64,000 bases of DNA from Octopus vulgaris. Taxonomy: Eukaryota. The stretch spans positions 26,350,001 to 26,414,000 of the forward strand of contig OX597824.1 of assembly GCA_951406725.2 (NCBI GenBank), written 5' to 3'. Below, piece after piece: positions 29,357-43,044 of this stretch. The notes beneath the pieces are model-generated. The model did not search any database. It saw nothing but the letters and a program-made list of their open reading frames with translations, and was not told the origin of the DNA. A program made the translations under genes and the position numbers. Each line of letters opens with the position of its first letter. The stretch's first letter is position 1.

Positions 29357-29681
29357 TATAATATATATATATATATTTATATTTATAATAAGTATTCGCG
29401 CGTGTATAAGTATTTATATTAATGTGGTGCAATCCCAAGGACATTAATGACCGAAGCGGGGCGGTTTTTAAAAAATACACACACACACATATATATGTAC
29501 ATATATCAGTCTATATGTATCTAAGTGGATATGTGTGTGCTTCAGTATATATATATAAGAGTGAGTGTGTATATATGTATGCATTTAGATTGATGTTCAT
29601 ATATATATACTGAAGCAAATACATATGCACTTAAATACATATAGAGCGTTTTAAATAATCTATTTATTTATGTAAGTATGC

Positions 29682-29715
<34 letters not shown>

Positions 29716-29909
29716 ATATATACATAAATATATATTGTATGCATATGTGTGTACAACGGATAATTCCAAGATGCATAAAGTATATACGCAAACTATGTTA
29801 GATATGAATCTTTGAATATCTCTTTCCCCCACTCTCTCAAGTTCTTTTACTTTATATATGTGTGTGTATGAGTGTGTGTGTGTGTGTATGTGTGCGCACG
29901 CGTATGGTG

Positions 29910-29947
<38 letters not shown>

Positions 29948-30124
29948 TGTCATATGTATATGTACATGTGTAGTTATGTATGTCTATGTACGTATAGATA
30001 TATGCATATATGTATAAATACGTATATAAATTTATACCTAAAAGTTAATATATATATACGTGTATATTTCTGTATATATAAGTGTGTATACATATTTTTA
30101 TATGTGTGTGTGTGTGTGTGTACT

Positions 30125-30232
<108 letters not shown>

Positions 30233-30604
30233 TGTATGTATATATCCAACTCCCCTTATCCCTATGCGTACTATTTATGTGTTAATTTCCTGGCTGTCAA
30301 ACTCCAGGTGTTGACTTAATATAAATTTCACCCGGAATAGTATTGTTCTGCTAATCCGATGGAAATCGCTATTTACCGATTCCAAGACACATAGAACCGT
30401 GTGTACATATGTGCGTGTGCGTACTAGAATACATATATATGCGGCCATGTTTGTGAGTGTGCACGCTCGTGAGCGTGTCTCCGTGTTTGTGTATGAGTGT
30501 ATATTTGTATATATGTATCTATGTCATTAAGTAAATACACACATATTACACCTACCCCTATACACCCAAATGTGTATGTATGCATGTATATATGTATGAA
30601 TATA

Positions 30605-30649
<45 letters not shown>

Positions 30650-30740
30650 TCGTACACATAATTAAGCAATATACAAGTGCCTTACATCCATATATGAATG
30701 TATATGTATATGTATGTACGTATGTATGTATGTATGTATG

Positions 30741-30796
<56 letters not shown>

Positions 30797-30967
30797 ATAT
30801 ATATATATATATGTATATATATATGTGCACATATATATATATGTAGATATGTACATATATGTATATGTATCATATATATATATGTATATGTATGTACATA
30901 TATGTGAATGTATATATGTATATATGTATATATATATGTATATATATATATATATGTATGTATATCA

Positions 30968-31010
<43 letters not shown>

Positions 31011-31383
31011 CATGTATGTTTACATATATGTATATGTATATATATGTATATATAAATATATATATTATGTTTGTGTGTGTCTACTTGCAATCATACTTAT
31101 GATATGTGTATATGAGTCTGAATATAATTATATGTTACATACATTCACATATTGACATGTATACAGCCTTTTATTCTTTTACTTGTTACAGTTAATTGAC
31201 TGCGGCTATACTGGAGCACCGCCTGAAAGGGTTTTAATCGAAGAAATCACCCCCACGACTTATTCTTTGTAAGGATGGTACCTCTTCTATTGTTCTCTTT
31301 TGCCGAACCACTAAGTTACGGGGACGCAAACACAGACACACACACACATATAAATATATACATGTATAAATTATTTAACAGAG

Positions 31384-31450
<67 letters not shown>

Positions 31451-31457
31451 ATCTATG

Positions 31458-31550
<93 letters not shown>

Positions 31551-32025
31551 TAGGTAGGGAAATATTTAACGCGTCGTTTTTTTAATAAATTTCGCAAAAA
31601 AAAAAAATTTTGAATTTGAATGATAATGAACATTGTCTAACTAAACATAGAGGAACATTGAGAAACATTGTTTTTATGTACCTTTATTGACTCTGTGCAA
31701 CGGGTCCAGTCCCACTGCGTGGCACCTTGGGCAAGTGTCTTCTCCTATAGCCTCGGGCCGACCTTTTGAGTGGATTTGGTAGACGGAAACTGAAAGAAGC
31801 CAGTCGTATATATGTATATATATATATATATATAGTATTAAAAGAGATGTAGCCTTTTTCTCTACAGAAAAAAACTCCATCAGGAATTGTGGGAGTATAT
31901 TAAAAGAACCTTTACGGTTAAAATTATAAATATCTCATAAGCAAAGGCTAAAGAAAATTTTCTAAAGCCAATATACTGAAATCCACGTTTAATCTACTTG
32001 CTACAGAAAGTTGAACTGAAATGCG

Positions 32026-32107
<82 letters not shown>

Positions 32108-32116
32108 TATATATAT

Positions 32117-32507
32117 AGCAATAATAATTCTCTAAATGAGTTATAGACAGTGACTGCTCCGTAATATAAGGGATATTAGCCAACCGAATATGGCTAGGGA
32201 CAGGGCAGGGTGGTGGGGGTGTCACTGTTGCATTTAGCCCCAGGCGAACATCAACGTCACCAGATAGGCCTGACGCCATCACGACGTCCTTTATCTTGCA
32301 AAGGGAGATCACCCACCAAGAAGCCGATACCACACACGGACCTAGGTTTCAAGGTGTGTTGCCTATTATCAACGTGTGGTAGGCATCGCTTCTCGATGAA
32401 CGACCAACTTTGCAAGATACATATAAGGATTTTCTAGTAAATACATTTACTGATTTCGAAAATCCGTTCGACAGCAATAATAATTCTCTAAATGAGTTAT
32501 AGACAGT

Positions 32508-32510
<3 letters not shown>
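32117..32510 (-). mobile_element. Retrozyme-like non-coding element: 356-bp monomer with perfect 38-bp terminal redundancy, in (TA)n
   Basis: AGCAATAATAATTCTCTAAATGAGTTATAGACAGTGAC at 32117-32154 and 32473-32510; extensive self-complementarity; internal HHR. Confidence 0.75.
32328..32381 (-). ncRNA. Type I hammerhead ribozyme, U3:A8 core variant
   Basis: Minus strand: CACACG-TTGATAA-t AGG caacaca CCT t-GAAAC-CTAG-GTC^CGTGTG; 6-bp stem I, palindromic stem III, GUC triplet. Confidence 0.72.
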
Positions 32511-32593
<83 letters not shown>

Positions 32594-32833
32594 TGTGTGT
32601 GTGAGTGACTGTGTGTGTGTATGTTTGTGTGTCTGTGTTTGTCCCCTCAACATCACTTAACAACCGATGCCTGTGTGTTTACGTCCCCGGAACTTAGCGG
32701 TTCGGCAAAAGTGACCGATAGAATAAGTACTAGGCTTACAAAGAATAAGCCCTGGGGTCGATTTGCTCGACTAAAGGCGGTGCTCCAGCATGGCCACAGC
32801 CAAATGACTGAAACAAGTAAAAGAGTAAAGGAT

Positions 32834-33781
32834 ATTTATCAGCATATCCTCTGTTCTGCCTTAGAGCCTCTAGTCGTTTTCTGTAGTTTTCAACGAGCTT
32901 CTTGCATGAAGATTTTGGCAGTTTCACCCGTTCTGTTTCATAGATTTCAGTTCTTTGATATTTTTTGGATCTCTTGTGTGTACTCTCAACTTAAACGTTT
33001 TCCATAAATTATCTATTGGATTGAGATCCGGTGACTGGCTTGGCCATTCCAGAACATCAATTTTCACTGAACCAGTGTTGAGTTGTTTTAGCCCAGTGCT
33101 TTGGATCGTTGACCTGCTGGAATAGAAAATCCCGGTCAAGCCCCGAATCTGTTACACTTTTTGATAGATAGGTTGATAAGATTTGCTTGCATTTTGCTGC
33201 ATTCATTCTTCCTTCGATGACTTCAATTTCTCCAACTCCATTATAAGACAAATGACCTCAAATCATTACACTTCCACCTCCATATTTGACTGTTGAGATG
33301 ATGTTTACTGGGTTGTATTCGGTTCCCTTTTTCCTCCATACTTGGATGCACCCGTTACTCCCGAAAAGCTCAATTTTCGTTTCATCTGACCAAATAACTT
33401 TCTTCCAGAATTCATCTGATTCATGGTCATACTTTTTAAGAAATTTCAAACCGTCTTGCAGATGTTTACGTTTTAATAGTGAAATCTTTCTTGGTGATCT
33501 AGAAATCAGGCCTGTACGATTCAGTGATACCTTAATTGTATCTTTACTTACTTCAATTCCGGCATTTTTCAGATTGTTCTGAATTTCTCTTCGAGTCAAA
33601 AATGGTTGTTTCTTCACAGAAGATCATAAAGCTGCACAAAGATGGTAAGGAGTAACGAAAAATTTCTCACGATTTAAATCTGCTTGTGTGTACAGTTGGT
33701 GCTGTAGTTCGAAAGTGGAAAAAATATGATACTATTGAAAATATTCAAAGGAGTGGTCAACTGGGTGAATTACAAAAGTAA
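32834..33781 (-). pseudogene. Tc1-family transposase remnant; N-terminal HTH segment (33617-33781) inverted onto the + strand
   Basis: [51 protein letters not shown] on minus; KIIKLHKDGK..KIS..L...TVGAVVRKWKKY..IEN..RSG on plus. Confidence 0.9.
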
Positions 33782-33786
33782 GAGAA

Positions 33787-33830
<44 letters not shown>

Positions 33831-34025
33831 CGACAGAAAAAAGGAAAATGTCCCTTGTATTTGAAAACTATGGAAATATTAAAAAAAAATTTTCATTTAA
33901 TTTTTCCACAATTTAATTGTTTTTCATGCTTTAATCTAAGTTGAAAAAGTCGCAAAGACTGAAACCAGTACCAAAATGTTTACCATGATAAAATCATTTT
34001 AGCATTTTCTACCTTGTCTTATTTT

Positions 34026-34107
<82 letters not shown>

Positions 34108-35559
34108 CATATATATATATATATAAAAATACAATGCATCGCAATTCTTAACATTTATGTATTAACTTTGTTGGGTACTTCACTGGCAGTATATTGGATA
34201 TATGTTATCCCATGGAGGGTTGCATTTACAACCCCTATCTCAATTTGTATATATATATATATATATATTTAGGTCTATTGAAAACTTTTGTGTTTGTGTA
34301 TTATAACGCATACACTAAAGTATTTTGTATATTGGCGTGTGTTTGCGTAAGTGTGTCTGTGTTGTGCATGTGTGTGATTGTGTTTTTGGTAAGTGCTGTA
34401 GTTTAAGTGCATGTATACATGTCGATTTATTCACTCATACATTGATACGTAGTCATAAAGTTTTGATGGAAAGTTTGAATGCAAAAATAAAATTTAGCTC
34501 TGATCGATGTTTTTTCGAAGTAGGCAAAGTTAAAGATAATAACGTGTAAAAGTTGGGCGAAAATTCTCTTTGAATTGAAAAGGTCGACAGTTTCTCGTGG
34601 AAATTAAACCCACATCTTCTGTAAACAGGACAGGCTTTCTACTATTTGAGCAAAGTAATCCTTCGCATTCCTGTATCCATTTTAGAAACTTCATTCTTAC
34701 AAGCGAGAAACGTATTTTGTTGAAGCCATAGAATTTATAAACCACAGGTAGTCTTCGACCTTTTTTTATGCAAAGGAATTTTCAACCTGATACGCTATTA
34801 TAGTTTTATCTGCTTCAAAATCCACCGTTCGAAAAAAGAATTCACTTTCTCTCGAACTTTCTAAATTCTTATAACGTTATAAAATTTAGTATTTCTTTGA
34901 AATATAAAGAAAAATCTAGTAATTTACGAGATATTTATAACTTTTACCGAAATAACTAATAACATCACAAAAAGTGAAATGGAACCAGTGAGTTATGTTT
35001 ATTATTGCTACAATAACCATTCTGAGATGCAACAAAAACTATTTCAAAACATGAGTTTACGTGAAGTATATTGCGAACCAAACACAAAAAACGAAGTATT
35101 TGTAACAAATTTAATTTATATTACGTCATATCATGAAGAAATCTCCTTTCGCGAACCGCTAAGTTATATTATCGATAACGTTTGAAGAACCGCTATGTTA
35201 TTTTAGCGATCTCCTTTGGCGAACAGCTACATCATCCTTGGCGAACAGCTAAGTTAATTTTTGATGTTTCTGATACTGCAAGGTACATTGATATTTGTGG
35301 AATTGTTATAAAAAAAAGGGCTCAAATTGTTTGCTTTACATGAAAATAAACTCACGCTGATGAAGATATTAACTCCATGAAATATATTTGTTTCTGCAGT
35401 CCAGAAAGCTCTGCCTTGATTTCATCAGATGGGGGAATAGAAGCCATTTAAAGAATAGGTCTGGGTACTCCACTTCAAACTGATTGTATCATTCATTGTA
35501 TCTCCATTTGCAACTAATAGCAGTAAAATATAACATTAAGACAACGAGATGTCGATTGT

Positions 35560-36900
35560 AGTAAAACTTTAAATCTAGACACAAGATGCATAAAAAATCC
35601 CAAGATGTAACCGCAAGTATGGATTATGCTGTTATCATGTAGAGGATATAACACTCGAACACATGTAAAAGCCGTTGAAAAATGTCATCAAGATATTACC
35701 TCCCCTTAAGGCGCGAGCTGGCAGAAACGTTAGCATACTGGGCGAAATGCTTAACGGTATTTCGTCTGCGTTACGTTGTGAGTTCAAATTCCGCCGAGGT
35801 CGACTTTGCCTTTCATCCTTTCGGGGTCGATAAATTAAGTACCAGTTACGCACTGGGGTCGATGTAATCGACTTAATACCTATGTCTGTCCTTGTTTGTC
35901 CCCTCTGTGTTTAGCCCCTTGTGGGTAATAAAGAAATAGGTATTTCGTCTGCCGTTACGTTCTGAGTTCAGATTCCGCCGAGGTCGACTTTGCCTTTCAT
36001 CCTTACGGGGTCGATAAATTAAGTACCAGTTACGCACTGGGGTCGATATAATCGACTTAATCCGTTTGTCTGTCCTTGTTTGTCCTTTCTGTGTTTAGCC
36101 CCTTGTGGGTAGTAAAGAAATATGTATTTCGTCTGCCGTTACGTTCTGAGTTCAGATTCCGCCGAGGTCGACTTTGCCTTTCATTCTTACGGGGTCGATA
36201 AATTAAGTACCAGTTACGCACTGGGGTCGATATAATCGACTTAATCCGTTTGTCTGTCCTTGTTTGTCCTCTCTGTGTTTAGCCCTTTGTGTGTAGTAAA
36301 GAAATAGGTATTACCTCCCCACGCGACATGATGTTGTGACTAAAACAATATACAATACCACCCGCAGAAAAGAGAGCTGTGAGATTGACATAAACAACGT
36401 CTCTCTTATGGGTGGAATTCGTACATATCAGCACAAAGAATGTTAGTGGAACATTCACCGTAAGAACTTCTAAGTGCAAACATATCAGACCCGACATAGT
36501 TATCTGGGACGGTAAAGAAAAATCAGAGAGAGTTGTCCTGCAGATATGAACGTCTGTTTCAAAATCAACGAGAAGAATAATGTCTTTGAAATATGTAGCT
36601 CCTCTACCCTGATTTATAAATTTACTTTCATGCGCACGGTAATATTAGTAAATGTCCAAAACAGCAATCTGGAGAAGCTGAGATTTTCAAACAGAGAAAG
36701 AAACCGGTTGACACGGATTTTACTCATAGAGTATGTAAGTGGAACAGTAAAAATGTGAAAGACGTTCTTCAGATTGGTTATGTTACAATTATCGCTGTTG
36801 TTATGCAAACTTCAATGATGCCGCTCTTGTTTCTTTGTCAGGAAGCAACTTCCTTCTTCTATAAAGGATACAAGTAAACAAAAAATTTAAAAAAGACATA
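35560..36900 (+). pseudogene. 3' part of an RLE-type non-LTR retrotransposon (R4/Dong/NeSL-like), interrupted by a SINE
   Basis: Degenerate CCHC knuckle (LCCYHVEDIT..H), MSSRYYLP/RHDVV, KHIRPDIVIWD, SCPADMN, terminal SGTVK..KTF; followed by (CATA)n. Confidence 0.75.
35706..36308 (+). mobile_element. SINE family B with three tandem ~183-bp body units and 12-bp TSD
   Basis: TSD TATTACCTCCCC at 35694-35705 and 36309-36320. Confidence 0.9.
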
Positions 36901-36950
36901 CATACATTCATCCATCCATCCATCCATCCATCCATCCATACAAACATACA

Positions 36951-36982
<32 letters not shown>

Positions 36983-37115
36983 CACACACACACATACATA
37001 CATACATACATACACACATACATACATACATACATACATACATACATACACACATACACACACATACATACATACATACATACATACATACATACATACA
37101 TACATACATACATAC

Positions 37116-37425
37116 AAAAGAAAATACCTACGCTGAACTATTGTGGAATCTACTGCTACTCTATCCAGATTGCAAGTCCAGGTTTATACCTGTAATTATT
37201 GGGGCTCTGTGATATGTAACACACTGCCTAAATTTTGAGAAATTAGGCTTCTGAAAACCAGAAAGGAGAAAGCTGATTCGAAGACTACAGATCCAATCCA
37301 TTACTGGAACTATAAAAATCTGTACAACTTTTCAGAAATTTATCATTTAAATATATATGAGCAAGTCTAGACATGCAGCTATATGCATGACAAAGCATAC
37401 ATGAAATAAAACATACAAATCTGCA
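37116..37425 (+). pseudogene. Second 5'-truncated RLE non-LTR 3' end embedded in (CATA)n
   Basis: NTYAELL..L.LLYPD..RFIPVIIGAL..EKLGF..ERRKLIRRLQIQSITGTIKIC, homologous to 36600-36770. Confidence 0.75.
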
Positions 37426-38093
37426 TACATACATACATACATGCATGCATACATACATACATACATACATACATACATACATACATACATACATACATAC
37501 ATGCATGCATACATACATACATACATGCATGCATGCATGCATACATACATACATACATACATACATACATACATACATACATACATACATACACGCATGC
37601 ACACAAGCACAATCACGCACAAATAGCTTCTGATATTTATTTTATTACATTTTAGTTAAGTCTACATATGCCTAAGTTCCGTCTTATGATGTCGATAAAT
37701 TAAGTTCCACTCAGCTAATATTAAGTTACAAGTTTGAGGGTTTCCTATTCGTTTAATAATTTTAATAGTCCTAAAACGGCCCACAGATAGCAATTCGAAA
37801 TGCTTTGTTTACCAAGCTTAAGTTTGAGAAAAGTATCTCGAAAGATTTGGAGATACATTTCTTGTCACTGGAATAGAGTTTTTATTTTTTTTCTAGTTTC
37901 AGCTCAGAGCTGCGGCCATGCTGATGCACCGCCGTTGGTCAAAGAGTTTGGTCAAACAGATTATTTCCCTGGTAATTTTAGGAGGTGCTTTCCAAGATTT
38001 TTAGCAACAGACACTAATTTGGGAACGTGGTATCAGTTTCCCAACTAGATTTAGAAAGAGTCAATCGTTTTGATACATTGGGTGCTATACACT

Positions 38094-38179
<86 letters not shown>

Positions 38180-38235
38180 AACACACACACACACATGCAC
38201 ATATGCACTCACGCATGCACACTCTCAGGCACGTA

Positions 38236-38287
<52 letters not shown>

Positions 38288-38324
38288 CATACTTAGACAT
38301 ACACAGAAATATTTTCTATCTATT

Positions 38325-38775
38325 ATGTCTTTCAATCATTTGACTGCGGTCATGCTGGGGCACCGCCTTGAAGAGGTTTTAGTGGAACAAATCGACCCCA
38401 GGACTTATATTTAAAAAAAATCTGGTACTTATTCTATCGGTCTTTTGCCGAACCGCTAGGTTATGCAGACGTAAACACACCAACATCGGTTGTCAAGTGG
38501 TGATGGGGGACAAACATAGACACAAACACACACGCACATACATATATACATACATACATATGTACATACGTACATACGTTAACACATATATGCGTACGTA
38601 CACACATATATATGACACGCTTCTTTCAGTTTCTGTCTACCAAATCCACTCACAAGGCTTTGGTCGGCTCCAGGCTATAGTAGAAGAGACTTGCTCAAGG
38701 TGCCACGCAGTAGAACTGAAACTGGAACCATGTGGTTAGGAAGCAAGCTTCTTACCACACAGCCACGCCTGCGCC
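38325..38775 (-). mobile_element. SINE family A, diverged
   Basis: Matches family A. Confidence 0.8.
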
Positions 38776-39491
38776 TTCTTATCTTACAGCCATGCAGAGA
38801 TAAAGTATGTGAAATTCCATTCAGAGACTTAATCGAACTGAGGAAATTGCACAGACATTTGACCAAAAATTCATTTACAGGAGAACAAACCAGAGATTAG
38901 GCGGATTCGAAACAGCCATCTTTACCACACACCTAGATCTCATAATTAATTTTTTTTTACAAAAAACTGGGGAATAATCTAGAATGGAAACAAGATGGCA
39001 TGTTTACATACACACACGCACACACGTGAAAATCGTACACGCGTACGCACTCATAGACATATGCATGCGAATGTGTGTGAAGCAGAGACAAAGGGATTTT
39101 ATGTTTGTATTTGTATACATGAGAGCATGCATGTGCATGTGTGTGTTTGTGTGTGTATATGTATGTGTGAGTGTGTGAGCTTGTGTGTATGTTTGTATGT
39201 GTGTGTTTCGATATTCAGATTCATGCTTTTCATTCTGTCAAATATACGTAATTGGTGTTAGCATCCATTAAATGAGAAAAAAATGTCGATACACATTTAT
39301 AAAAACTGAAAACTTATACGAATGTTTTTATAAAGGTGTATGTATGTATGTATGTATGTATGTATGTATGTATGTATGTATATATGTATGTATGTATGAA
39401 TGTATGTATGTATGTGTGTATGTATGCATGTATGTATGTATGTATGTATGTATGTATGTACGTACGTACGTACGTACGTACGTATGTATGT

Positions 39492-39525
<34 letters not shown>

Positions 39526-39553
39526 AACGTATATATATATATAACAGTATAGC

Positions 39554-39585
<32 letters not shown>

Positions 39586-39746
39586 TGTGTGTGTACACAT
39601 ACATGCATACATGTATACACACAGATTTACGCACAAGCGTATATGCACACATACATATTTATACACACATATGCACACACAAAGAACCCTTACATAATTT
39701 AAACACATATATTACAAATGTTCACGCTGTATATATGAATGCATGT

Positions 39747-39837
<91 letters not shown>

Positions 39838-40061
39838 GTTGTATACATATATTATAGATATACATGCATATATATATTTCAAAATATATAGCGGTATGTA
39901 TATTGTTATACATACATACATATCTACCTACTTATACACACACACACACACACATTTATATATACATGATAAGAGAGAGAGATCGAATAATCTAGAGAGT
40001 GAGTGAGAGATAGTGTCAAAGAATTAAATGACGAAATGAAGTAGTTGCAAAACTGTTAGAA

Positions 40062-40132
<71 letters not shown>

Positions 40133-41036
40133 TAACAAATCTTAAAATTCTGTTTGACATTAGCAACAGCAACAACAATAGATTAACCAGCGTGTGTACA
40201 TTTTTTTTGTAATTCCCCCACAGTTACCATCACCGTTATTATCGTCCCCTTCATCCTCTTGTTCATCATCATAGTCACCATCATCATCATTGTTGTTGTC
40301 GTCATCATCATCATCATCATCATCAATGTCGAACTTCATTGTCATGAATGTTGCTGCATTTTCTCATTTTCCCCTACCTTCCCCTTTCTGCCCACCTCTC
40401 ATTTTGCATTCTCATTATAATGCTCATGAAATATAAAATACGAAAAAAATGACAAAAACCATATCAATTCCCACCCATCACTCTTCTGAATGTTGATAAA
40501 CAGAAGCAAAAAAAAAAAATAAAAAAAATATGCAAAACAAAACCGAAAAAATTAAAAAAACCCACAGAAATGACAAGATCTGACCAAAGTAAAATGAACA
40601 CCAATTTAGAAAATAGCTGTAAAAAAATTAAACTTAAAAAAATAACGTATTCGTATTAGAGTAACGACATTATTGATAGCAAGAATAACGACTATCAAAT
40701 TAATAATTGTTTTTTACTCTAGGCACAAAGCCTGAAATTTTGGGGGAGGGGGCCAGTCGATTAGATCGACCCCAGTTCGCAACTAGTACTTAATTTATTG
40801 ACCTCGGAAGGTTGAAAGGCAAAGTCGACCTCTGCGGAATTTGAAGTCAGAACGTAAAGGCAGACAAAATGCCGCTAATTATTTCGCCTGGCTGCTAATG
40901 TTTCTTTTCTACTCTAGGCAAAAGGCCCCAAATTTTTGGGGAGGGGGTGTCAGTCAATTAAATCGACGCCATAGCACTTATTCAGCATTAACTGACACAT
41001 TTGGGTCTTCTTGACACCATTAACTCTCAAAACCTA

Positions 41037-41101
<65 letters not shown>

Positions 41102-41105
<4 letters not shown>

Positions 41106-41505
41106 TCTTTTACTTGTTTCAGTCATTTGCCTGCGGCCATGCTGGAACACCGCCTTTAGTCGAGCAAATCGACCCCAGGACTTATTCTTTGTAAGCCCAG
41201 TACTTATTCTATCGGTCACTTTTGCCGAACCGCTAAGTGACGGGGGACGTAAACACACCAGCATCTGTTGTCAAGCAATGCTAGGGGGACAAACACACAC
41301 ACAAACACACACACATACACACATATACATATATATACATATATACAACAGGCTTCTTTCAGTTTCCGTCTACCAAATCCACTCACAAGGCATTGGTCGG
41401 CCCGGGGCTATAGCAGAAGACACTTGCCCAAGATGCCTCGCAGTGGGACTGAACCCGGAACCATGTGGTTGGTTAGCAAGCTACTTACCACACAGCCACT
41501 CCTGC

Positions 41506-41507
<2 letters not shown>
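41102..41507 (-). mobile_element. SINE family A, full length
   Basis: Matches family A. Confidence 0.88.
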
Positions 41508-41549
<42 letters not shown>

Positions 41550-41946
41550 TAAATTTATATGTTTGTTCTTGTGTATGTGTTTGTCTTCATGCAATGGCTT
41601 TTGACAACCGGTACTGGTGTGCTTACGTCCTCGTAATATTAGTGGTTCGGCAAAACAGACCGATAGAATAAGTACCAGGCTTTAAAAAATAAATCCTGGA
41701 GTCAATTTGTTCCACTAAAACCCTTGAAGGCGATGCCCCAGCATGGCCGCAGTTACATGATTGAAACCAGGAAAAGATAAAAGATAATACATAATTCATT
41801 GTTATTTTAAATATGTGTAACAATCTAAGAATACATTAATGAGGAATATATCAGTAATGGAACAGGTGAAACAAGATGACAGCTATGAAAGGTTTCAGCA
41901 GCCTTGATAGGGTGGAAGCTTCTTCGTCAGAGAATAAAAATAAAGA

Positions 41947-42001
<55 letters not shown>

Positions 42002-42097
42002 GCTGCTGCTGCTACTGCTGCTGCTGAATCCAATGAAAGACTATACAGATCACGGATATATTAGATGTGTGAAATACCTGTGTCTGCCTGTCCGTCC

Positions 42098-42201
<104 letters not shown>

Positions 42202-42481
42202 GTCAGACAAACCCTAACAATATGACCTACGTATTCGTATGTATATATAAATCTATATGTATATAATTAAAGTAGCTAGTTGTAAAATTTCAAGAGTTGA
42301 GAGTAGTAACTCTACTAGCGAGTAAAGTTAATCGACACATCAAAGTGGTTGGTCCATGTTTCTACTAGTTTAACCCCAGGCAAATTATCCGCCAGCTGGT
42401 TATCGGTGCAGCCCAGCACCCTGTACATGTGTGTTGCTGGCAGGGGAGCGAACTCCTACCATGTTCCAGCAAACGATAAGA

Positions 42482-42530
42482 TCGGGAGACTGACTCAGTT
42501 TCGAGCTAGTCTGTTCATCATCAGTCGCGA
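42482..42530 (-). ncRNA. Type I hammerhead ribozyme, canonical core
   Basis: TCGCGA-CTGATGA-T-GAAC agacta GCTC-GAAA-CTG agt CAG-TC^TCCCGA; one mismatch each in stems I and II. Confidence 0.72.
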
Positions 42531-42733
42531 AAACCTGGTCGGCAGAGAGATGGTCAGACTTCGCTTCCGCCAGTAATATATTGTAAACAAAGCGACCATC
42601 GGTCACTGATTTGCTACAAGCAAAGTAGCTAGTCGTAGAATCTCAAGAAGAGATGAGAGTAGTAATTATACTAACAAGTACAGTTAATCACCACATCAAG
42701 TTAATCTGACGTTCTCTTCTGGCGACCAGATGT

Positions 42734-42782
42734 TCGCGACCGAAGATGAGCAAACTAGCTCGAAACTGCATCAGTCTCGCGA
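42734..42782 (+). ncRNA. Type I hammerhead copy with perfect stems but U4C core change
   Basis: TCGCGA-CCGAAGA-T-GAGC aaacta GCTC-GAAA-CTG cat CAG-TC^TCGCGA. Confidence 0.68.
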
Positions 42783-43044
42783 TCCTGTCGTCTGCAGGAG
42801 ATTGGTGGGGGTTCGCCAGCAATAAATATTTACAGGGAACACGGCTGCACCGATAACCAGCTCCCGGAAGATCTGCCTGGGGTTAAACTAGTAGTAGTAA
42901 CATTGACCAACCACTGTGATGTTGGGATTAACTTTACTTATACACACACACATACACATATATTTAAGCATATATATTTGCATGAATATGTGTGTGTGTG
43001 TGTGTGTAGGTCTGGGTGTGTGTGTTACCTGGCTTAATTTTGAA

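Larger units (their letters stand above)
42269..42938. mobile_element. Retrozyme/pLTR-like element: ~353-bp monomer with ~75-bp direct redundancy plus an inverted ~235-bp copy; HHR in both arms
   Basis: Direct repeats 42269-42343 / 42622-42700; inverted arms 42321-42561 / 42703-42938. Confidence 0.78.

Noticed and set aside
34420-34900. Possible decayed coding sequence on the minus strand
   Set aside because: Multiple stops and no recognisable motif
35354-35391. CTGATGA...GAAATATAT hammerhead-like motif
   Set aside because: Stem II does not pair convincingly and stem I is only 3 weak pairs
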